The notes under the pieces are model-generated. The model was not told where the DNA came from. It saw only the letters and a program-made list of their open reading frames with translations, and ran no database searches. The position numbers and the translations under genes are program-made. From Candidatus Geohabitans tengchongensis (GTDB lineage: Bacteria > Sysuimicrobiota > Sysuimicrobiia > Sysuimicrobiales > Humicultoraceae): a DNA stretch of 64,000 bases. Shown here piece by piece: positions 56,492 to 63,282 of this stretch (position 1 is its first letter; each line of letters begins with the position of its first letter). Location of the stretch: NCBI GenBank assembly GCA_031459625.1, contig JAVKIH010000008.1:18359-82358 (forward strand), read 5' to 3'.

Positions 56492-57465
56492 CCGCGGGCG
56501 CAGCGCCGGCAGAGCCGGCGTCTGTCCTCCCCCGCTTCGTGGTGGTACGGGTGCGGGCGGCGCCGGCGGCGGCCGAGGCGGCGGCGGCTCTCCTGCACGA
56601 GGCGGCCCCTCCGGGCGTGGAGGAGCGGCGCCAGGGGGACGACGTGGTCCTGGTCGCCTATCTGCCCGCAGAGCTCGCGCCCCGCCTGGTGTCCGGCCTG
56701 CGCGCGCGCCTCGAGGCCCTCCCGCGCTACGGGCTCGGGGAGGCGCCCACCGTGGCGGTGGAGCCGCTGGCCGAGGAGGAGTGGGCCACGGCCTGGCGCC
56801 GCCACTTCCACCCCTTCCCGGTCGGCCGGCGCCTCTGGATCGCGCCCTCGTGGGCGCCCGGGGACCCGCCCGACGGACGGCTGGCCGTCCGCATCGACGC
56901 CGGATTGGCCTTCGGCAGCGGCCTGCACGCCTCGACGCGTCTGTGCCTGGAGCTCCTCGAGGACCTGGTCCGGCCCGGCGTCACCGTAGTGGATGTGGGC
57001 ACCGGCTCCGGCATCCTGGCGGTGGCGGCGGCGAGGCTGGGAGCGGCGCGGGTGGTGGCCACCGACCTCGACCCGGTGGCGGCCCAGGCCGCGGCGCAGG
57101 CGGTCCGGGCGAACGACCTGCGCGGTGTCGTCGCCGTCGTGGTGGCCGACCTGCTCGCTCCGGTACGTCGCCCCATGGACCTGATCGTGGCCAACCTCAC
57201 CGCGGACCTGCTCGAGCGCCTGGCGCTGCACGTGCCCGCGGCGCTCTCCCCGGAGGGCCGGTTCATCGCCTCGGGGATCGCCGCCGCGCAGGCCGCGCGG
57301 GTCCGGGAGGCGCTCGCCGCGGCGGGGCTGGCAGTGGTGCGCGAGCGCGTGCGAGAAGGGTGGCACGCGCTGGTGGCGCAGCTGTTGCCCGAGGGGCGGG
57401 CGTCGATGGCGCAGCCGCAGTCGGACGGATCAGCGTGGGCAGAGTCGTCGTCCGTCGCGCGGTGA
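56458..57465 (+). CDS. prmA: Ribosomal protein L11 methyltransferase
   Basis: WRRHFHPFPVGRRLWIAPSW, LAFGSGLHASTRLCLELLE, VVDVGTGSGILAVAAARLGA, ANLTADLL. Only ATG available, overlapping the dnaJ end. Confidence 0.85.
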   Translation: MEENEGPLHGLTAGAAPAEPASVLPRFVVVRVRAAPAAAEAAAALLHEAAPPGVEERRQGDDVVLVAYLPAELAPRLVSGLRARLEALPRYGLGEAPTVAVEPLAEEEWATAWRRHFHPFPVGRRLWIAPSWAPGDPPDGRLAVRIDAGLAFGSGLHASTRLCLELLEDLVRPGVTVVDVGTGSGILAVAAARLGAARVVATDLDPVAAQAAAQAVRANDLRGVVAVVVADLLAPVRRPMDLIVANLTADLLERLALHVPAALSPEGRFIASGIAAAQAARVREALAAAGLAVVRERVREGWHALVAQLLPEGRASMAQPQSDGSAWAESSSVAR

Positions 57466-58208
57466 CCGTGACCCGGCGCTTCCTCGTGCCGTCCGAAGCC
57501 CTCGAGGCCGACGAGGTGCGGCTGCCGCCCGAGGAGTCGCACCACGCCGCCGTGGTGCTGCGGCTGCGGCGGGGGGAGCGCGTCGTCCTCTTCGACGGGC
57601 GCGGGGTAGAGGCGCTGGTGGAGCTCACCCGGGTCGAGCCCCGCGAGGTGCGCGCGCGGGTGGTCGCCCGGTCGGCGGCGTCGGCGCGCGGACCGACGGT
57701 GCAGGTAACGCTGGCGCAGGGGATCCCCAAGGGCGGCAAGATGGACGACGTGATCCGCATGGGGACCGAGGTGGGCGTGGCCCGCTTCGTCCCGCTCCTC
57801 ACGCGCCGCGCGCTGGCCCGGCCCTCGGCGGCGCGCCTGGCCCGGTGGCGGCGCATCGCGGCCGAGGCGGCCAAGCAGTCGCGTCGGCTCACCGTCCCGG
57901 AGGTGACCGACCCGCTGCCGCTGCCGGCCCTGTGGGCCGGGGAGCGGGCGGGTCCCCTGCTCATGCCCTGGGAGGAGGAACGGGCCGGGATCGGCGAGGT
58001 GCTGCCGCGCCTGGGACCGGTGCGCGCGGTGACGGTGGCGGTGGGGCCGGAGGGGGGCTTCGCCCCCGAGGAGGTGGCGGAGGCGCGCGCGCACGGGGCG
58101 GTGACGGTCTCGTTGGGGCCGACGATCCTGCGGACTGAGACGGCGGGGGTAGTGACGGTGGCCATGGTGCTCTACGAGTTGAGCCTGCGCCGGATCGAGG
58201 AGCGCTGA
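57462..58208 (+). CDS. rsmE: 16S rRNA (uracil1498-N3)-methyltransferase
   Basis: TRRFLVPSEALEADEVRLPPEESHHAAVVLRLRRGERVVLFDGRG and C-terminal SPOUT fold (VAVGPEGGFAPEEV, SLGPTILRTETA). GTG overlapping the prmA stop (alternative GTG at 57468). Confidence 0.85.
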   Translation: MTVTRRFLVPSEALEADEVRLPPEESHHAAVVLRLRRGERVVLFDGRGVEALVELTRVEPREVRARVVARSAASARGPTVQVTLAQGIPKGGKMDDVIRMGTEVGVARFVPLLTRRALARPSAARLARWRRIAAEAAKQSRRLTVPEVTDPLPLPALWAGERAGPLLMPWEEERAGIGEVLPRLGPVRAVTVAVGPEGGFAPEEVAEARAHGAVTVSLGPTILRTETAGVVTVAMVLYELSLRRIEER

Positions 58209-58287
58209 TGCGTGCGGGGCGGCCGGGTTCCCGTTACACCGGTGTGACGGCGGCCGTCGTATAGTGAGGGGTGGAGGTGAGGACCCG

Positions 58288-58743
58288 ATGCGCTTCGTCA
58301 CCGTGCTCGGTGTGGTCGGCCTGCTGCTCCTGGGGCTGGCCGGCGTGGGCTATCCGGAATACAACTACCAGCAGCAGACCCCCGCCGCGCCTGCCGCGGG
58401 GGTGAAGCAGCAGATCCAGACGGCGGCCACCCACTCCGGGTTCGCCGCCGGCGGGCAGTCGCTGGCCTACGTGCAGCAGCACCTGGGCCATGCCCTCAAC
58501 TGCATCGAGGGCAAGGGCGGGCGGAACTTCAACGCGGCCTGGGGGCACGTCTGCGAGGGGCAGGGGAACGGCATCCTCAACGACCTCCGGGGGGTCTCCG
58601 GCGGTGCGGCCGTGCGCCCGCTGGTGGAGCACGCCGACGGCCTGGCTGTCACCGGGGTCAAGACCCGCGACCTGGCCACGGCGCGGGCCGCAGCGGCGGG
58701 CGTCAGCGCTCTGCTCAAGGTGGCCGCGGAGTACCTGAAGTAA
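58288..58743 (+). CDS. Hypothetical secreted protein (151 aa, two Cys)
   Basis: MRFVTVLGVVGLLLLGLAGVG signal/anchor; mature part Gln/Ala/Gly-rich with CIEGKGGRNFNAAWGHVCEGQGNG. No family recognisable. Convergent overlap with the nucleotidyltransferase gene. Confidence 0.4.
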   Translation: MRFVTVLGVVGLLLLGLAGVGYPEYNYQQQTPAAPAAGVKQQIQTAATHSGFAAGGQSLAYVQQHLGHALNCIEGKGGRNFNAAWGHVCEGQGNGILNDLRGVSGGAAVRPLVEHADGLAVTGVKTRDLATARAAAAGVSALLKVAAEYLK

Positions 58744-59827
58744 CGGCCCCCCACAGCCGACGGAGCCAGCGGCGGCGTCCTGCGGCGAGCGGCTGGGGGA
58801 TCCACACCAGCCGGCCCACCCACCGCAGGAAGTCCGCAGGGGCCTCTCCTCCCAGCCACCGCAGGAGCCCCACCTGCACGATAGCGCTGAGGGCAGCCTC
58901 CTCCCGCAGGAGGCGGGCCTGCAGGCGGGCGGTCAGGCGGCGCGCCAGATAGGGCCACCGTCCCCCCTCCAGCACCGCCAGGGCCTCTGCCGGCACCGGT
59001 GCGCCGAACAGGTCGGCCGCCAGCGCCACCGCCACCTGGACGGTGCGGCGCGCCTCCACGCAGACGGCACCGGCGAAGGTCCAGTCCACGCCGCCGCGCG
59101 CCGCCACTTCGGCGATGTCGCGGATGTAGCGGGCGCGGGGGCGGCCGTACCACAGCTCGCGCATCCAGAAGACGGCCAGCCCCACGATCAGGTCGGCGGG
59201 CGCGGGGAGGAGGGCCTGGGCGCCGGCCACGTCTACCGGTCTCGCCCGGCAGGCCACGGCGTCGTGGTCGAGCGGCAGGAGGTGCGGGTAGCCGGCATAG
59301 CGCCAGTGCAGGTCCACCGGCAGGGTCAGGCCTGACGGCGGCATGTACCCGCGGGCGCTACGCCAAGTGCGGTCGGCCGCGCTGGGGGCTCCGCCGGCGA
59401 TGCGGTAGCCCAGCGCGCAGAGCGCCCGGTGCGCGGCGTTGACCGTCTCCGGGGCGACGAGGAGGTCCAGGTCGTGCATGGGGCGCAGCGCGGGATCGGG
59501 GTAGGTTGCCCGCGCCAGCGCCGCGCCCTTCAGCAGGAGCGGGCGGACCCCTTCACGGTTCAGGGCCGAGAGCACCGCGGCCAGCTCCATCTCCACCCGG
59601 ACCGCCCGCTGCGCGGCCCGCTCGGACGCGGAGGCCAGCTCGCGCGCCACCGGCCCGGGCACGGTCACCCCGGCCCGCCGGATGCCGTCCCAGAGCAGCG
59701 GGATGACCTGTTCCCGCCTCGCCAGGCGATGCACGGCGTCCCAGTCGGTGGGGAGGTCCGGCGGGAGGGGCTCGAGGTGCAGCAGCCGGAGGAAGGTCCG
59801 CTCGAACGGGTAGAGGCGCGGCGGCAT
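58715..59827 (-). CDS. Nucleotidyltransferase family protein (PF14907-like, as found in kinase-containing lasso-peptide-type clusters)
   Basis: MPPRLYPFERTFLRLLHLEP...LLKGAALARATYPDPALRPMHDLDLLVAPETVNAAHRALCALGY; the hG..R...DLDLLV nucleotidyltransferase core and ~370-aa size match the 'uncharacterised nucleotidyltransferase' family. Confidence 0.6.
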   Translation of the reverse strand: MPPRLYPFERTFLRLLHLEPLPPDLPTDWDAVHRLARREQVIPLLWDGIRRAGVTVPGPVARELASASERAAQRAVRVEMELAAVLSALNREGVRPLLLKGAALARATYPDPALRPMHDLDLLVAPETVNAAHRALCALGYRIAGGAPSAADRTWRSARGYMPPSGLTLPVDLHWRYAGYPHLLPLDHDAVACRARPVDVAGAQALLPAPADLIVGLAVFWMRELWYGRPRARYIRDIAEVAARGGVDWTFAGAVCVEARRTVQVAVALAADLFGAPVPAEALAVLEGGRWPYLARRLTARLQARLLREEAALSAIVQVGLLRWLGGEAPADFLRWVGRLVWIPQPLAAGRRRWLRRLWGAVTSGTPRPP

Positions 59828-59856
59828 CAGGGCCGGACGCGGCCACGGCGCCGTGC

Positions 59857-60663
59857 TCAATAGGCGCTGAGCGTGCCGGACCGCCGGGCCTCCGCAAAGC
59901 TCCAGTGCAGGGCGAGCAAGCCCAGCGGGACGAGCGCGGCGGCAAAGGCGGCCAGGACGAGCACCTCGCCGCGCAGGCCGGCCGCCCCTGTCCCCTCCAG
60001 CAGGACGAGCCGCATGGCGCGCAGCGCGTGGGTCATCGGCAGCCACTCCCCCAGCCGCTGCAGGGGTGCCGGGAGGACGGTGGTGGGATAGAAGAGGCCG
60101 CCCACCAACGCCGAGGCGGCGGCGATCGGCGCGGTCAGCGGATCGGGCTGGCGGGTGAGGAGGACGTAGGCTGCGGCGAGCCAGCCCACGGCCAGGAAGG
60201 TCGCCCCCGAGAGCCCCAGGACCACGAGGGCGGCGGCCAGGTTGGCTCGAGCGATCGGCAGGCCGAAGAAGACCTCCCCCACCCACAGGGAGAGGGCCGC
60301 CTGCCCGAGGCCCAGCAGGACCGGCCACAGCGACAGGCCCAGCGCCAGCGTCCCCACTGCACAGGGCGTGGCGGCCAGGCTCTCCAGCGTGCCGGCCACC
60401 TGCTCCTGGCGCAGCGCGGCCGGGCAGGCGCGCATCACCGCGGTGAGGAAGCCGAAGAAGGCCACGCCGACGAGCGCGAAGGCGAAGTAGCCCGCCGGGC
60501 GCCCCGATGCCGGATCCGGTGCGGGGACCAGGCGTCCCAGGTAGTAGAGGGTGGCGGCGGTGAACCCCACGCCCGCGGCCTGCCAGGCCGGCGCCAGGCG
60601 CGCCGTCCCCGCGGCGATGCTGTCACGCCGGAGAAACGCCCACAACTGGAAGAGCAGGGCCAC
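59857..60663 (-). CDS. ABC-2 type transporter permease (exporter membrane subunit)
   Basis: 268-aa 6-TM ABC-2 permease starting VALLFQLWAFLRRDS (GTG) inside ORF 59857..61053. Downstream of, and overlapping, its ATPase partner. Confidence 0.75.
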   Translation of the reverse strand: MALLFQLWAFLRRDSIAAGTARLAPAWQAAGVGFTAATLYYLGRLVPAPDPASGRPAGYFAFALVGVAFFGFLTAVMRACPAALRQEQVAGTLESLAATPCAVGTLALGLSLWPVLLGLGQAALSLWVGEVFFGLPIARANLAAALVVLGLSGATFLAVGWLAAAYVLLTRQPDPLTAPIAAASALVGGLFYPTTVLPAPLQRLGEWLPMTHALRAMRLVLLEGTGAAGLRGEVLVLAAFAAALVPLGLLALHWSFAEARRSGTLSAY

Positions 60664-61408
60664 GCGTCTCCTCCACGGCCGCCTCGTAGCACGCCCGCAC
60701 GCGCGCCGCTCCACCCTCCCCGACGGCCACCACCTCGCGCAGGCGCCCGCCTGCGAGGATGCCCACACGGTCGCACACGCCGGCCGCCTCCTCGAAGTCG
60801 TGCGTCGCCAGCAGAACGGTGCGGCCCTCTGTGCTGGCCAGGTGGCGTACCAGCGCCCGGAAGGCGTCAGCCGCCTGGGGGTCGAGGCTGCGCGTCGGCT
60901 CGTCGAGGCAGAGGACGGGCTGGCCGCCCACGAGCGCCCGGGCGAGCAGGAGCCGCTGGCGCATCCCCGTCGAGTACCGGGCCACGACCTGGTCGGCCGC
61001 CTCGGTGAGTCCCACCTGCCCGAGCGCCGCTTCGGCCCGCCGGCGCGCTTCACCCGGCGCGCAGCCGAGCAGGCCCGCGAAGAAGATCAGGTTGTCCCGC
61101 CCGGAGAGCCGCCAGTAACAGGCGCGCTCGTCCCCCGTGACCAGCGCCACGCGCCGCCGCACCAGCGTCGGCTCCCGCACCACGTCCGCGCCCAGGATGC
61201 GGGCCGTGCCGCCGGACGGGAGGAGGAGGGTGGTCAGGATCTTGAGCAGAGTGGTCTTGCCGGCGCCGTTCGGACCCAGCAGGCCGAAGATCTCTCCCGC
61301 CTCGACCTGCAGGGTCACGTCCCACAGGGCGTCCACCGGGCGATGGGCCCCGAGCGGCCAGCGCCCGCGGAAGCGCTTGGTCAGGGAGGAGGTCTCGACC
61401 GCCGCCAC
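60623..61408 (-). CDS. ABC transporter ATP-binding protein (exporter)
   Basis: Walker A GPNGAGKTT, Q-loop, signature YSTGMRQRLLLARAL, Walker B LCLDEPTRSLD, H-loop LATHD. Start taken at GTG (VAAVETSSLTKRF); further in-frame GTGs lie upstream within a tandem repeat. Confidence 0.8.
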   Translation of the reverse strand: MAAVETSSLTKRFRGRWPLGAHRPVDALWDVTLQVEAGEIFGLLGPNGAGKTTLLKILTTLLLPSGGTARILGADVVREPTLVRRRVALVTGDERACYWRLSGRDNLIFFAGLLGCAPGEARRRAEAALGQVGLTEAADQVVARYSTGMRQRLLLARALVGGQPVLCLDEPTRSLDPQAADAFRALVRHLASTEGRTVLLATHDFEEAAGVCDRVGILAGGRLREVVAVGEGGAARVRACYEAAVEETRGPALPVVGVSPA

Positions 61409-61473
61409 GACCCATTCAGTACCGGGGAGGACCGGAGACTTCCTGTCTACGGTGCGTGCCGTCGGCCGCCGCT

Positions 61474-61560
61474 GTTCCCCGCCGGTCTTGCGCCCTCGGG
61501 CCGCCACCGTTCCCGCGCCGGTCTTGCGCGCCCTCGGCCGCCACCACCCTCGGCCGCCAC
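61474..61560. repeat. Tandem direct repeat (~36 bp x 2.4) in the 5' region of the exporter ATPase gene
   Basis: gttccccgccggtcttgcgccctcgggccgccacc / gttcccgcgccggtcttgcgcgccctcggccgccacc / accctcggccgccac. On the coding strand each unit supplies an in-frame GTG-GCG-GCC (VAA) codon run. Confidence 0.45.
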
Positions 61561-61666
61561 GGCTCCTGTGTCGTTTGCACGATGGTACTCCTGCATTCGA
61601 CGGATAGGCGGTGCGTGCTGCCGTCCATACACTGGAAAGGCGCCAGGAACACCCAGGGGGTCATCA

Positions 61667-62311
61667 ATGTGGTGGCGAGGGGGGATTCGCTCGGCAAGCA
61701 TCCCACTCGCGGGAGGGGTCGAGTCGATCTCTCCTCGCGTCCCTCCACCGCCACCACCTCCACCGCCAGCACCGCCCCCCGGCGGCGGGCCTCCCGGCGC
61801 CATCCTGATCCCCCTCATCCCGCTGATCCTGCTGATCATCGGCGCTCCACCGGTGGTGGAGCAGCCACCTCCGCCGGTGGTCCAGGTCACCCCGACGCCT
61901 CCCCCTGAGGCCGCCCCGACACCGTCACCCGCGGCCGAAGCGCCCCCGTCGCCTCCTCCGCCTTCCCCGGCGCCGACTCCAGGTGTCCTCCCGCCCACCG
62001 TGGCGCCCACAGCGCCGCCGGCGCCGCCCGCTGCCGCTGTGACGCCCGGCCCGCCCGCGCGCCCCCGGCCCACGCCGATCGTCCTCGGCCCCCCCGCACC
62101 GGCGCCCGCACCTGCCGCGCCTGCACCGCCTGCTCCTGCGGCTGCAGCGCCGCCACCGGTCCGGGCGGTGGCCACGCCACCCCCCGCCGCCCCGCCGCCC
62201 GGGGCGGTGCTTCCCTTCGGAGGCGCCCGCCTGTGGATCCCGGTGGCGCTGGGCCTGGGCCTGGTGGGCACGGGGTACCTCCTCCTCCGCCGGAACGCCA
62301 GGGCGGGGTGA
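61667..62311 (+). CDS. Pro/Ser/Thr-rich membrane protein with C-terminal sorting-signal-like tail
   Basis: MWWRGG..., poly-Pro tract, TM (AILIPLIPLILLIIGA), ~120-aa Pro/Ala/Thr/Ser-rich extended region, then ...GAVLPFGGARLWIPVALGLGLVGTGYLLLRRNARAG (motif, hydrophobic segment, basic tail). Stop overlaps the sortase GTG (GTGA). Confidence 0.5.
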   Translation: MWWRGGIRSASIPLAGGVESISPRVPPPPPPPPPAPPPGGGPPGAILIPLIPLILLIIGAPPVVEQPPPPVVQVTPTPPPEAAPTPSPAAEAPPSPPPPSPAPTPGVLPPTVAPTAPPAPPAAAVTPGPPARPRPTPIVLGPPAPAPAPAAPAPPAPAAAAPPPVRAVATPPPAAPPPGAVLPFGGARLWIPVALGLGLVGTGYLLLRRNARAG

Positions 62312-62937
62312 GCGCCCTGCGGACGCTGGGTCTTGTCCTGATGGTGGTGGGCGGGCTGCTACTGGCGGCACCCGCCTTCTGGTCGGTCTACACGGGGCGG
62401 GGGGCCGAAGCGGCGCAGACCGCGGCCCTGGCCGAGTGGGAGCGCGCCCTGACCGACGGCCAGACGGTAGCGGAGGAACGGACGACCCAGGTGGATCGCA
62501 GGGCGGCTGCCGGCACCCTGCGCCCGGCCGAAGGGCTCGTCCTCACCATCCCGCGTCTGGGGTTGCGCCGCTTCGTCCCAGAAGGGGCCCGGCCCGAACA
62601 CCTGCGCCGCTTCGGCCTGGGACGCATCTCCTGGACGGCCCGGCCCGGCCAGGCCGGTGTGGTCGGCATCGCCGGTCACCGCACCACGCATGGGGCGCCC
62701 TTCTTCCGCCTGCCCGCCCTGCGGCCCGGCGACGAGGTGCTGCTCGAGGACGGGCGGCAGCGCTATCTCTACCGCGTGGCGGAGCAGCGCACCGTCCGCC
62801 CGACCGCGGTGGAGGTCCTGCGCGGTGAGGCCGGCCGCCGTCGCCTCGCCCTGGTCACCTGTACCCCGGCCTACAGCGCCGCCTACCGCCTCGTGGTGCT
62901 GGCCGACCTGCAGCGCGTCCAGGTGGCGGCCCCGTGA
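62308..62937 (+). CDS. Sortase (class E-like transpeptidase)
   Basis: N-terminal TM anchor, catalytic His (VVGIAGHRTTHGAPFFRL), and active-site Cys in LALVTCTP (TLxTC motif). Confidence 0.8.
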   Translation: MSALRTLGLVLMVVGGLLLAAPAFWSVYTGRGAEAAQTAALAEWERALTDGQTVAEERTTQVDRRAAAGTLRPAEGLVLTIPRLGLRRFVPEGARPEHLRRFGLGRISWTARPGQAGVVGIAGHRTTHGAPFFRLPALRPGDEVLLEDGRQRYLYRVAEQRTVRPTAVEVLRGEAGRRRLALVTCTPAYSAAYRLVVLADLQRVQVAAP

Positions 62938-62947
62938 CCGCGGTCGC

Positions 62948-63280
62948 GTGACTGGCCCCGTGACCGGCGGTCCCGTAACCGCTCCGTCCAGTGCGCCGGG
63001 CGACTCGGGCCCCAGGCTGGCCGCCCGCTTTGCCACGGAGGCCGCCCGCTTTGCCGCGGAAGTCGTCCTCTTCGACCCGGAAGACGGCCGGCTGGTCGTC
63101 CTCTCGGGCGCTGCCGCCAGCGTCTGGACCGCGTGCGACGGCCGGGCCACCGACGAGGTGGCCCGGGCGGCGGGCCTGGGGGTGGGCCGCGTGCGCCGGA
63201 TCCTGCGCGACCTCGAGCGCGCAGGTGCCGTGGCCCGCGAGGGCGCAGGGTGGCGCCGGCGGGTGTGCGTGGAGGTCTGA
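62948..63280 (+). CDS. PqqD-family protein (RiPP recognition element-type peptide-binding chaperone)
   Basis: EVVLFDPEDGRLVVLSGAAASVWTACDGRATDEVARAAGLGVGRVRRILRDLERAGAV is a textbook PqqD/RRE domain. ~35-aa Gly/Pro/Thr-rich N-terminal extension; GTG start (62948 or 62960) just after the sortase stop. Confidence 0.7.
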   Translation: MTGPVTGGPVTAPSSAPGDSGPRLAARFATEAARFAAEVVLFDPEDGRLVVLSGAAASVWTACDGRATDEVARAAGLGVGRVRRILRDLERAGAVAREGAGWRRRVCVEV

Positions 63281-63282
63281 GC

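Noticed and set aside
60551-61666. First 370 codons of the 586-aa plus-strand ORF 60551..62311, considered as a possible large modification enzyme (e.g. lasso cyclase) for the cluster
   Set aside because: It is antisense to the well-supported ABC ATPase and permease genes and has no Asn-synthetase or other enzyme motifs. Only the last 214 codons (from MWWRGG) form the Pro-rich protein.
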